In this document: in pieces, positions 37,925 to 50,513 of the stretch | Numbering within the stretch: the first letter of the stretch is position 1 | Layout of the letters: each line of letters opens with the position of its first letter | DNA from: Mobula hypostoma | Taxonomy: Eukaryota | Direction of reading: 5' to 3' | Assembly (NCBI RefSeq): GCF_963921235.1 | Contig: NC_086108.1 | Location: 80,540,001-80,604,000, forward strand | Length of the DNA: 64,000 nucleotides | Program-made: the position numbers and the translations under genes | The notes under the pieces: generated by a model | What the model was told of the DNA's origin: nothing | The model's database searches: none | Seen by the model: only the letters and a program-made list of their open reading frames with translations

Positions 37925-39220
37925 TTATACAGTATAAGTCCTTCAGTCTAAACCTTTCCTATCCATGAACCTGTCTAAATGTCTTTTAAACAAAACTGTA
38001 TACAATATTCTTATACAGCAGTAATAATGAGTCCCAATTCTTGTACTCAATGCCCCATCCATTGAAGGCAAGCATGCCATATGCCTTCTTCACCATTTTG
38101 TCTCCCTGTGTCACCACTTTCAGTAAACAAGGTATTTGTATGCCAAGATTTTAGTGTTTTTACAACACTCCCCAGGGCTTTGTCATTTATTGTGTAAGTC
38201 CTGCTCTGTTTAACTTTCCAAGATTGATCTCTTCATACTTTTCCAAGTTAAATTCCATCTACTATTCCTTGGTTCACTTTCCCAGTTGATATAGATCCTA
38301 GAGCAACCTTCTTCAAATTTTTGGAGTTATCTTCAAATTTATTAATCATGCAATGCAGACAATGTGCTGGAGGAGCTCAGCAGGTCAGGCAGCATATGTG
38401 GATGAGAATAAGCAGTTGACATTTTGGGCTGAAATACTTCATCAGGACTGGAAAGGAAGGGGGAGGAAGTCAGAATAAAAAGATGGGTGGAAGGGAGGAA
38501 GAAGTATGAAACCATGAGAGGGGAAGGGGGTGAAGTAAAGAACTGGGACGTTGATTGGTGGAAGAGAAGGGGGAATCCAACAGAGGAAGACAGAAGAACA
38601 TGGAAGAAAGGGAAGGGGCACTAGAAGGGGAGCTAATCATGCCACCTGCATTCCTACCCAAATCATTAATATATCTGAAAAATAGAAGGGGACCCAGTGT
38701 TGATCTCAAGTGGCACACAGCTGGTCACAGCATTCCAATCTGCAAAATGATCCTCTATTACCACTGATTCCTTCCACCAAACCAATTCTGTATCCAATTA
38801 TCTTAACTCACCCCGGATCACATGCAACCTAAACTTCCAGACCAGCCTGTCATACGGGACCCTGAGTCAATGTAGGTAGCATCTATGGTCCTGACTTCAC
38901 CAATCCTCTTGTTTGCCTCTTCAGAAAACTCTAAGGCTACCAAAATAAGCCTCACTCAATTTAAGAATTAAACTTGTGGACCTCTTTCAATAACTATTTA
39001 AAAACTAATAGAATTATGGTTGATTTTCTCAAATTGCTCCTCCACTAACAATTCAATCACTTACTCAGCCTCATTTCTCAACAGATAGATAAGTGTTGCC
39101 CACTCTCGAATAGGGTTATTTACATATTGATTGAAAAAGCTTTAGTGGACACTTCAGAAATTCTGCTTTAGTGGACACTTCAGAAATTCATCCCTTAGCA
39201 CTGTGGCAATTCAAGTGCAA
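37925..39220 (-). mobile_element. Old CR1 fragment interrupted by a Penelope-derived insert
   Basis: STLGPLLF.RYINDL motif; continuity across the insert. Confidence 0.7.
38352..38633 (-). mobile_element. Short Penelope-derived insertion
   Basis: 9-bp direct repeat taatcatgc at 38343-38351 and 38634-38642; rc contains cagtcctgatgaagtatttcagcccaaaatgtcaac. Confidence 0.85.
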
Positions 39221-41349
39221 TCATATCTATAAACAGTGACAATCATCACTTTGAGCAAAAAAAAGCTGTCAGATCAAAAGGACCCGCGTTAATACCAAAC
39301 TCTTCCATCTTTGTTTTCAACATCATTTTATTCTTATAATGCTTTCTTCACTCCTTAAGAGAATTGAGTAAAATCTTGGCTGCCATTCAAGCATAGTACT
39401 GAGGAAGGTTTGTAAAGGTCCCATGGCGCTATTCAGATCAGGCGTTCTCTCTGATATTTATCTCTCAGTCAAGATCACAAAAAAATAAAATTAATGGTAT
39501 TTATTGCTTTGCTGCTTTGGAACTTGGGTGGTATATTTTGTATATTAGTGCAGTTATATCAGTTCTAAAGTACTTCCCTAGCTGCAGAGCACTTTGATAC
39601 ATGGATATTGTGAAGGCTTCATGTAAATACAATCATCTTTCTCCACACAGCCTCTTAGCCAAGTGATATTTACTTTGCATATCCAGAGATGTTGTTCTGG
39701 GATGAATTCTCTGTACATGTAAAACAGCTGGAAGTGTAAAAATTAAAGATGGGAACTCTCTATAGCATAAGTAAACAAACCAGACTGAGATAAAATATAA
39801 TTTACTTCATAACCTGAATATAATATTCACATTAATAATATACAACATGTACCGTGAATTAAAACACACAATAAAAACCTCCCTCCCTCTATGTTCTTAA
39901 AATATGTTTTGTTGGAGTTTGAATCTCCTAAATAGTATAAATCATCCTGAAGTGTTTCTGAAACCATCAGAACCAACATAAGCAGATAGAAAAGAATTAA
40001 AAGTACAAAATCTACAAGCAAAAGAAAGGTTGGAGAATATTCTTTCTGAAAGCAGAAGGCTAAACGTTACAGTTGCATATATTTATGCAGATTGCACTCT
40101 ATCAGAACACGAGTTCTAAGTTAAGCTTCAGACTCTCCCATGCAGGAAAAGAAATACAGGGAATTTCTTCGGAGTCAGCCTAGGGTTTCTGGTGCTCTGA
40201 ATGTTATCTGTCACACCTTGCCAACAAGCTCTCCCATGCCTGCACTGCCATCCCCACTTCCCCCAATGCAAAGAACACTAATGCTAATCTTCAGCTGGTC
40301 AAATGGATTAAATTCCCCATCCCACCTATTTCAGCAACGTGGGTAGGCAGCTGTCAAGGGACACAGAACCACAGTCTGGTCATTAAAACTGGCTATGCCT
40401 GGTGTGTTGTTATTCCAGAGAGGCTGCCACCCGCACAGCTGATTTGTGTCACTTTTCCCTCAAATCTCTTGAATGACTTTACTCTTATTGGATTATTAGC
40501 CTACATTAATACAGAATATATCAACCAATGTGACAACCTGATTGTTTACACAATTACCAGCTTGAGAAGTGCCAGGATAAGACAAATAATTACAATATTA
40601 AAAACCTATAGCATTCAGGGTACCAAGCACTTGGCTGCAATTTTTTCACCTTAACACATTATTCCTTATTATTATTCTTGTGCCCTGAAATCTCTTCTTC
40701 TCTAAAAATTGGGGTTACAATCCTCCATCATCGGCTCCTTTCTTTTTGTTTTGCTTTCTCGATACATTGCATGACATCAAAATTATATTTTTACATTGAC
40801 TATGAAATTCTTTGGAATGCCAACAGACTTGAAAACGCAATATAAAAATATATATTTTCATTTTCTTTAAAACCTTGATGGTTTGAAACTAGTATTTGTT
40901 GTTATCTTCATATGAGCAGAAAGCATATAAAAATGTTATAAGCCCGAAAACGAGATGATCATTAGCGCTTTAAACAATGACAACGCAACATATCTAAATA
41001 TTATTCTATAATTTTGAGACCAAAACTGCCATGAATTCATTCAGACTGCCATGATGCAATCTTATTGAAAATCTTTAGACAATTGAATGGGACTGAGACA
41101 TTTTCTATAATATTGTACGTGCTCAGTTTTCCTTTGTTTTCAGAAAATAACTTAGCTTACTCTTAAAATGTGAAAATTGCAAAATAGTCCAGAAAAAGTG
41201 GTGTAGTTCATAAAAAGGGTGGTATATAAACCTGTGTAAGGTCATAAAACTGATTTTATTTGATTCAATATAAATCACACCCATTGATGGATTGTCTCCA
41301 CATAAGTTAACGATACGAAGTTCATGTACTATGTTGTGGCTTTGACATT

Positions 41350-41483
41350 TATTTGTGGTAAAGATTGAGGTACTTGTGATGATCTCGGGGTCGGGTTCCT
41401 TTCCGTCTCCGAAGCAGATGGACTGCAATCCCACTTGATTTTTTTAGTGCATGAAATTTCCACACTTCGGCAATCTTGTCTAC
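41350..41483 (-). other. Candidate (possibly terminal) exon
   Basis: Acceptor ttccttttgaacttgtag; locally CpG-rich. Frames give VDKIAEVWKFHALKKSSGIAVHLLRRRKGTRPRDHHKYLNLYHK* or RQDCRSVEIS..VKATT*. Not recognised. Confidence 0.3.
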
Positions 41484-43357
41484 CTACAAGTTCAAAAGGA
41501 ATTTAGAATGCTTTTAACTCATTGCCTTCTGAAAAATATTACAGGATTAGTGTAAATGGGTAGTTGATGATAGGCATGGACTCCAATACCGAGGGTTAAA
41601 AGGCACGTTTCTGTGCTACATCTCTCTATCATATCAGATAATGAGCTCACGGTACTTCCCTGCCTTTTGCCTCCCTCCCTGCTTGATCAAGGCTGTCACA
41701 TCTGCAGTTTCCCAATCCACTGGAAACCTCACCGAACTCTGTACTTTTGAGAATTTTCAACCAACGGCTCTGCTATCTCTTCGGCCACTTTCTTTAAAAC
41801 CCTTGGATGCAGGCCATCTGTTATCCTGGTGATATGTGCCGTACACATTTGACCCTTTTTCCTATCAAACGTTAGAAACATTATACTTGACATATGAACA
41901 ATTCCAGACATTAACAAAAAACTTGCTGGTCAGTCATCATTGTAAAATGAAAAGGATAGGTTATCACTTCAGTTCCAATCCTTTGTCAGAAAATGAATTA
42001 ATCACATTCTTGGTACAGGGCATCAGTGTTGGCTGACATGGTATGTTGAGTACATATTGGAAAATGATTAGCACATTTTTACTAAATATTCTGTGGCAGC
42101 ACAAAGGGCGAATAAATCATGACAGAAATCACTGTGCAGCAGCGTTGCCAGTTTGAAACTTTATGCTCCAACACACACCTTCTCTTAACCTCCTGCAGTT
42201 CAATAATGTAGAATATTAACACGTAGCTATGTCTCCTTCTCTCTTGTTAATTCCTGTTGCACATAGTTGTGCACACCTTGCTGGGTAAGAGAAGGGGAAG
42301 GTGTAAGTGAATATTAAGCAATCTGTGCAACTGATTTAACTGTCAAGTTTAAATACCTGCAATTTTGTGCTGCTGTGAGATACGTGGGAATGTGAGCTAA
42401 ATTATATGACTATTAGATACAAGCTTTGATTGATAGACATAAGGTGGTTGTTAGGCAAGTTGGGTGGCTGTGACAACTTCAGCAGTGTCTGATGCCAATG
42501 GCTAGTTGTTCACTTGGTATGATGTGGGACTTGAAGGCTCCATTTTCATCCTTCCCTTTCCGAAGCAATTTAATATCCATATTTGAATTACTTTATAACT
42601 TATGAATAAATGAATATTTAGTAAAACTAAGTAAATTAAAAGACAAACATAATTCACATTTAACAACGATATACAGATGGAGGAATAAAAGCAAATTTTG
42701 TTGATGGGTTCAAGAGAAAATACAAAGAAAGCACATTAAGTGGGAACAAACAAATACAAACACAATATCACAGGAAGAGGAAGCAGAAATAGTGTAAGAA
42801 ATTTCTGAAGAGTTCCAAGCCAAGCCAAGCATTTGCTATCTCATATTTTTCAGCTGCTTTTCCTTCAGAGAAGATTAAACATACTGTATCTTCTTTCAGG
42901 TTTATAATTTACTCCATTTGTTTTAATCCTAGTGCACAACCCTAGTAACATAAACTTAAAATTATATAAAGCAGATGTCCAGAAATAGAACAACACATCT
43001 GTTTGAGATTGAGATTAAATTAAGACAGAAGTTTAAGAAAATACTCTCACCAGATTTATTGAAACGAAACATAAGCAAAACACAGCACATTTTGGAAATT
43101 TGAAATCAAAACAAAAAACGCTGAAGGTGCTCAGCAGATCATGCAACGTCTATGAAGAAAGGAACAGAGCTAGCACTACAGATCATTGACCCATCAGAAC
43201 TGGAAATGAACTTATTCAAGTGAACTTACTGGCAACCATTATCTAGGAGCGTAGTGCACTTGTATGTCTAAGCTAAGGACACAGGGAGAACTGGGAGAGA
43301 CAGATTTTGACTTTCTCAAACTAAGAAGAAAAAAAAAGCCAAGAAGAGTAAGTAGAG

Positions 43358-43562
43358 CAACACACCAAATGCTGGAGGAACTCCGCAGGTGAGGCAGCAC
43401 CTATGGACAAGAATAGACAGTAGCTGTTTTGGGCCAACAGCCTTCATCAGTACTGCAGAATCTCTCATTTATTCGCTCCATAGATGCTACCTGATCTGCT
43501 GAGTTCCTCCATCATTTTGTGTGTTTCTCTGGATTTTCAGCATCTGAAGAATCTCTTGTGTT
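43358..43562. mobile_element. Mini Penelope-derived element with two inverted terminal-repeat copies
   Basis: caaatgctggaggaactccgcagg..ctatgga versus tccatagatgctacctgatctgctgagttcctccatcatttt; caagaagag on both flanks. Confidence 0.75.
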
Positions 43563-43779
43563 CAAGAAGAGAAGGGAGAAGCATCTTGCTTAAGTGTAAT
43601 GCCTACTAGCCAGTCAGTGGATGGTGCAGTCATTTTTATTTGTCAACTATATAAGACAAATTCAGAGTTAATCAACATATTGGTTTATAATTAGCTTCAT
43701 TTTAACAGCAAACATCTCAGTAGTTCATAATTATAATTAGTTTCCTCTCACTCTAGGAAAACTACTATACACCTTCCAG

Positions 43780-44477
43780 TTCACAATATGGACTTCATGG
43801 ACAACCTTGGCTTTAAAAGACCATTACCAATTTTTAACAATGCACATAAAAACATTCCATCTGGATTATTGATATGGCAACAACTGGGCACATGCCCACA
43901 AGGAGTTGCAGAGAGATGAAGACACAGTTCAGTACATCAAAGGAAATGGCCTCCCCTCTTTGGACTCTGACTACACTACTCGTTGCCTCAGTACAGTAGA
44001 CAGTTCAATCATAGACTCCATCCACCCCAGGCATCCTTTGTTCTCTTCTCCCCTCTCCCATCAGGCAGAACTGAGGCAAAGCAGCATCAACTTCATGGAC
44101 CCTAAACAGACTCCAGAGGAGGAGGTGTTTGCTGTCTTGAGGCTAATTAGAGTGGATAAATTCCCAAGGCCTGACAAGGTGTTCCCTCAAGCCTTGTGGG
44201 AGGACTCGTGCAGAAACTGCAGGGGTCTAGCAGTGATACTTAAACCATCCTTAGCCATAGGTGAGGTGCCAAGGATTGGAGGATAGCTAACGTTGTTCAA
44301 TTGTTTAAGAAAGGCTCAAAGAATAAGCCAGGAAACTACTGGCTGACATCAGTAGTGGGAAAGTAATTGGAAGGTGCTCTAAGAGACGAGATATATAAGA
44401 ATTTGGATAGACACGGACTGATTAGGGATAGTCAACATGGCTTTATGTGTGGTAAATTGTATCTAAACAATCTTAGA
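43780..44477 (+). mobile_element. Rex1-clade remnant (to ~44070) followed by a CR1 ORF2 internal fragment
   Basis: HPRHPLFSSPLS..; then VDKFPRPDKVFP and aagccaggaaacta.., agtcaacatggcttt CR1 motifs. Confidence 0.7.
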
Positions 44478-45510
44478 CCATAAGTCCATAAGACATTGGA
44501 GTAGAATTAGGCCATTCAGCCCATCGGGACTGCTCCACCATTCCATCATGGCTAATCCCAGATCCCACTTAAACTCATACACCTGCCTTCTCGCCATATC
44601 TTTTGATGCCCTGACCAATCAGGAAACTATCAACTTCTGCCTTAAGTATACCCACGGACTTGGTTTCCACCGCAGTCTGTGGCAGAATACTCCACAGATT
44701 TACTACTCTCTGGCTAAAAAATTCCTCTTTACCTCTGTTCTAAAGGGTCACCCCTCAATGCTGAGGCTGTACTGTCTAGTACTGGATATCCCCACCATAG
44801 GAAACATCCTCTCCACATCCACCCTATCTAGTCTTTTCAACATTCGGTTGCTTTCAATGAGATCCCTTCACGTACTTCTAAATTCCAGTGAGTTCAAGGC
44901 CAAAGCTGCCAAATGCTCCTCATATGTTAATCCCTTCATTCCTGGAATCATCCTTGTGAACCTCCTCTGAACTCTCCAATGACAACACATCCTTCTGAGA
45001 TATGGCGCTCAAAACCATTGACAATACTCCTAAGTGTGGCCTGGCTAGTGTCTTATAAAGGCTCAGCATTATCTCCTTGCTTTTATATTCTATTCTCCTT
45101 GAAATAAATGCCAATATTGCAATTGCCTTCTTTACCACAGACTCAACCTGTAAATTAACCTTCTGGGAGTCTTGCACAAGGACTCCTAAGTCTCTCTGAA
45201 CCTCTGATGTTTGAAGCTTCTCTCCACGTAGATAAAAATCTTCACTATTGTTCCTTTTACCAAAATGCATTATCATACATTTCCCAACACTGTATTCCAT
45301 CTGCCACTTTTTTGCCCATTCTTCCAATCTGTCTAGGTCCTGCTGCAATTGCATTGCTTTCTCAGCACTACCTACCCTTCCACCTATCCTCGTATCATCC
45401 GCAAACTTTGCCACAAAGCCATCAATTCCATTATCCAAATTATTGACAAACAATGTGAAGAGCAGCAGTCCCAATACTGGTCCTTGAGGAACACCACTAG
45501 TCACTGGCAT
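44478..45510 (-). mobile_element. CR1 LINE 3' half
   Basis: PVTSGVPQGPVLG, VAKFADDTRIGG, YKTLARPHL; cataagtccataaga tail. Confidence 0.93.
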
Positions 45511-45589
45511 CTCCAAGTCTGAATGCTTGAAACCACAGCAAAGCAATTCGGAATTGTCATACTGCTTATTTCTCGCCAAATATCAGTGA

Positions 45590-45871
45590 CAAAAATTACT
45601 GCTTTTTGAACACAAGTGCACACAACTAATGCTGTTTAAAAACTGTTTTCTCTAAGCACAGTGCAGCGTGTAGCAGCCACATAAGTACACATATCTGACG
45701 CTAGTTAGAAACTGTTCAGCAACAGTCTCCTGCCCCAGTTTGGGCATAGTGTCCCAAACAAATGAAAGGAATCCTGGCTATTTTTTCAATTAGTTTTTGT
45801 TTTTCTACAACTTGTCCCAAATAAGCAGATGCCCCGACTAACCAATGCCCAATTAACCTGAATCCACTGTA
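45590..45871. mobile_element. Tc1/mariner (Tigger-like) DNA transposon end fragment
   Basis: Ends gcccaattaacctgaatccactg|ta, a CAGT-type terminus with TA flank; the other end was not found. Confidence 0.55.
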
Positions 45872-48171
45872 TCCTCTTATATAAGTTTAAAGAAACCAAA
45901 ATACAGCTGTAACACTTAATTAAGACACCACGATGATCAACTACAGTAAATCAAAGTAAACACAGTTCTAATGTCGAATCTATAATTAGTGTGAAACAAT
46001 TTTGATGACAGTAAAGGTCTTCAAAATTATAGCTTGCCAACAACAGAATAATTATACTCACTGCGTGTGTATGTGCATGTATGAGTGTGTGCGGAGGGCA
46101 TTCACTATCTTCAAATGTGTTCATTTTGTTTAGACATTAGAAAAATTGTTCTGTTGACTTCTAAGTCTGGGACAAGTTGTCCCTCTAAAGCTTTTCTGTT
46201 CAACTTTGACGAATGATGTACTTATATAGTCCTTGAGATGTTTATAACTGGCAGCACACAAAAGACGGATTCAGTGAATGCAAATTTTTCTGAATAATAA
46301 AGCACAAAAGCCCATTTCCTTGAGATTTAGCTTCAAAACATACTTCTTATTTCCTCAGTGCTTGGCATTGGAGAATAATTTTCACCCCAAGAAAACAATA
46401 GCGTGCAATTTGAAATCAAACTGAGCTTCTCCAGAAAATGCAGACTTGGATCTCGAGAGGCACTAACTGATAGCTGAAGAAGAGCAAGAGAAACATCCCA
46501 CCTGGAGCTCTCCGATCAACAAAATGAATGGGGCATGAACAGGAGGGAAGCCATTAAGGGCAAAGAGAAACACTTTCCAGAATAAATCTGCTCAGTTGTA
46601 ATTCACAATGCTTACAAAATTACCTTCTTCACAATATAATCCTTAACACAAAAATCATTTTTCTGAGAGCACCCTCACACTTTCCTCTGCACTGATCATA
46701 ATACAACTGTGAATAAATTGCTGATCTAGTAACTGCATTCATTTGCTATAACTGGTTACAGTGGTACACAACTCACTCTGACAACGTCTCCTGAAAACAT
46801 CAGAGTAACTTCTGCATTGCCCAAATGAGAGGACAAACTGTAGTCACATCCTGCCAGACCCTTCATATGGTGAGACTAGCTGAATACCTTTCCCTTGATA
46901 CAAATGCCTCTCTCCTTACCCCGTGTCTATGATTAGTATATTCTTGTCCCTTCGAGTGTATCTCCTCCCTCCATTCTTCATCCAGTGCAGTTTTTCTCTC
47001 GTCCTGCACAGCCTTAGGGTGTAATTGCCTCCCAGGTGCCAGGGTTAGTGATGTCTCAGATCAGGTCTACAGTAGTCTAAACGCAGCTAGCTGGAAGTTT
47101 TGGTACATATTGGTATCAACAACATAGGTAAGAAAAGGAAAACGGTCCAGAAGAGAGAATATATGGAGTTAAGTAGAAAGCTAAAAAGTAGGACCTCAAG
47201 GGCAGTAACTTCTGGACTGCTGCTTGTGCCATGCACCGATGTGAGTAAAAGTAGAATAATTTGGCCGATGAATGCATGGCTGAGGAATTGGTCCATGGGG
47301 CAAGGTTTCAGATTTCCCGATCATGGGGAACTCTTCTAATGAAGGCCTGACCTGTACAAAAGGGAAGGGTTATGGATTACACCTGAACCCAAGGGGGACC
47401 AATGTCCTTGTGGGCAGGTTTGCTAGAGGCTGTTGGGGAGGGTTTACACGAATTTGTCAGGGGGATGGAAACTAGAGTGATAGGGCTGAGGATGGGGCAA
47501 TTGGTACACATGTAGATGTGGTATGTAGTGAGACTGTGAGGAGAGGGAAAAACTGCAGTCAGTGGAATGAACTGAAGTAAAATTGAAAAGCGTGATGAAT
47601 ACAGGACTGAAGGTGTTATATTTGAATGTATGCAGTGGACAAAATAAGGTAGATGATCTTGTAGCGCAGTTACAGATTGGCAGGCATGACATTGTGGCTG
47701 AAAGAAGATCATAATTGGGTACACATTGTATTGAAAGGAAACAACGTGGGCAGGTGGGCAAATGGGGTAAGGTAGTTCTGTAGGTAAAAAATGAAATCAA
47801 ATACTTGAAAGAGATTACACGGGATTTGAAGAAGTAGAGTCCTTGAGGGCAGAGTTAAGAAACAGCATGTGTAAAAAAGACCCTGATACAGGCCTCCAAA
47901 CGAAGCCAGGATGTGGGATACAAATTACAATGGGAGATAGAGAAGGCTTGTAATAAGTGCAATGTGATGATAATCATAGGGGATTTCATTGTACAGGTAG
48001 ATTGGGAAAATCAGGTTGGTGCTGGATCCCAAGAGAGGGAATCTGTAGAATATCTGCAAGATGCCTTTTTAGAGCAGCTTGTGGTTGAGCCGACAACAGG
48101 AAAGGCAGTTCTGGATTGTGTGCTGTGTAATGAACCAGCTCTGATTATGGAGCTTAAGGTGAAGGGACCTT

Positions 48172-49148
48172 TCGGTTCCCCTTGTCCTCACCTACCACCC
48201 CACCAGCCTCTGGATCCAGCACATTATCCTCCGCAACTTCTGCAACCTTCAACAAGATCCCACCACTAAGCACATCTTTCCCTCTCCACCCCTCTCCGCT
48301 TTCCGCAGGGATTGGTCCTTCCGCGACTCCCTTATCCACACGTCCCGCCCCACGGATCTCCCACCCGGCACTTATCCCTGTAAGCGTAAGCGCTACACCT
48401 GTCCCTACACCTCCTCTCTTGCCACCATTCAGGGCCCCAAACAGTCTTTCCAGGTGAGGCAACACTTCACTTGTGAGTCTGGTGGGGTCATCTATTGCAT
48501 CCGGTGCTCCCGGTGTGGTCTCCTCTACATCGGTGAAACCCAACGCAGATTGGGGGACCGCTTCGTCGAGCACCTCCGCTCCGTCCACCACAACAGACAG
48601 GATCTCCCGGTAGCCACCACTTCAACTCTGCTTCCCATTCCCATTCAGGTATGTCCATACATGGCCTCCTCTACTACCATGATGAGGCTAAACTCAGGTT
48701 GGAGGAGCAACACCTCATATACCGTCTAGGTAGTCTTCAGCCCCTTGGTATGAACATAGAATTCTCCAACTTCCGGCAATTCCCTCCCACTCCCTTCCTC
48801 TATCCCTATTTCACTCTGCCCAGTCCCCCAGCTGCCTATCACCTCCCTCATGGTTCTGCCTCCTTCTACTACCCATTGTTTTCCTGCCTATTACCTCCCT
48901 GCTTCCCCTCCCCCACCCCTTTGTCTTTCAAATTACTGGTTTTAAAACTGAACCTACCAGCCTTCTACTTCCAACCTCCACCACCTTCTTTATAGGGCCT
49001 CTGCCCCTTCCCTCTTCAGTCCTGACAAAGGGTTCTGGCCCGAAACGTCGACTCATTGTTTCCAGGGATGCTGCCCGACCTGCTGAGTTCCTCCAGCATG
49101 TTGTGAGTGTTGCTTTGATCCCAGCATCTGCAGATTATTTTCTGTTTA
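48172..49148 (+). mobile_element. Young Penelope-like element 3' part nested in CR1
   Basis: VPLVLTYHP..; RQHFTCESGGVIYCIRCSRCGLLYIGETQRRLGDRFVEH (GIY-YIG); RLEEQHLIYRLGSLQPLGMNIEF; many CpGs retained. Confidence 0.93.
49018..49053 (+). ncRNA. Minimal type I hammerhead ribozyme motif (one core mismatch)
   Basis: AGTC-CTGACAA-A-GGG(TTCTGG)CCC-GAAA-CGTC^GACT: helix I AGTC/GACT, helix II GGG/CCC, palindromic ACGT helix III, GUC site; CUGANGA reads CUGACAA. Confidence 0.75.
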
Positions 49149-50513
49149 CGGGGACATAGAAATGGTGGTAGGACTTAGTAAGTACTTTGTGTCAGTCTTC
49201 ACGGTGGAAGATATTAGCAATATGCCAGAAATTCAGCCATGTCAGGGGGCAGAAGTGAGTATAGTTGCTATTACTGAGAAGAAGGTGCTTGGGAAGCCGA
49301 AATATCTGATGGTAGATAATTCATCTGGACTAGATGGCCTACATGCCAGGGTTTTAAAAAGGTAGCTTAAGAAATTGTGTAGGCATTAGTAATGTCCTTT
49401 CAAGAATCACTAGATTCTGAAATGGTTCCGGAGGACTGGAAAATTGTAAATGTCACTCCAGTCATTAAGAAGGGAGGGAGGCAGAAGAAAGGAAATTATA
49501 GGCCAGTTAGTCTGTCTTCCATTATTAAGGACAAAGCTTTGAGGTGCTTGGAGGCACATAATGTAATAGGCCAAAGGCAGCATGATTTCCCTAAGGAGAA
49601 ATATTGCCTGACAAATCTGCTGGAATTCTTTCAGGAAATAACAAGCAGGGTAGACAAAGGAGAATCAGCTGATGCTGTTTACTTAGATTTTCAGATAAGG
49701 TGTCACACATAAGGCTGCTTACCAAGATAGGAGCTCATGGTATTCCAGGAAATATGCTAGCATGGATAGAAAATTTGCTGACTGGCAGGAGACAGAGAGT
49801 GGGAGTAGAAGATACCTTTTCTGATTGGCTGCCAGTGACTAGTTGTGTTTTGCAGGTATCAGTATTAGGTCCGCTTCTTCTCATATTGCGTGTCAGTGAT
49901 CTGGATGACAGAATTGATGGCTTTGTGGTCAAGTTTGTAGACAATATGAAGACAGGTGGAGGGACAGGTACTGTTGAGGAAGCAGGGAATCTGCATAGGA
50001 CTTACGACATATTGGGAGAATAGGCGATTGGCAGATAGAATATAGTGGAGGGAAGTATATAGTCATGCACTTTTGTACAAGGCATAAAGGTGTAGACTAT
50101 TTCCTAAATGGGGAGAAGATTCAAAAATCAGAGGAACAAAGAGTCTTGGGAGTCCTTGTGCAGGATTTCCTAAAGATTAGCTTGCAGGATGAGTCGGTGG
50201 TGAGACAGGCAAATGCAAAGTTTGCATTAATTTCGAGACGACTATAATATAAAAACAAGGATGTAATGCTGAGGCTTCATAAGGCATTGGTCAGACTGCA
50301 CTTCGGGGGTTGACTGCAGTTTTGGGCCCCTTATCTAAGAAAAGATATGCTGGCATTGGAGATGGTCCAGAGGAGGTTCACAATAATGATTCCAGGAATA
50401 AAAGGATTAACATATGATGAATATTTGATAGCTCTGGTCCTGTACTTGCTGAGGTTTAGTAGAATGGGGTGGGGGGGCTCTCATTGAAACCTATCGAATA
50501 TTGAAAGGCCTAG

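Noticed and set aside
39139..39189. Tandem duplication gctttagtggacacttcagaaattc (26-bp period)
   Set aside because: Real but trivial local duplication within an old CR1 remnant.
39827..40021. Hydrophobic 64-aa ORF resembling a signal peptide
   Set aside because: Explained by T-rich composition on the minus strand; no other support.
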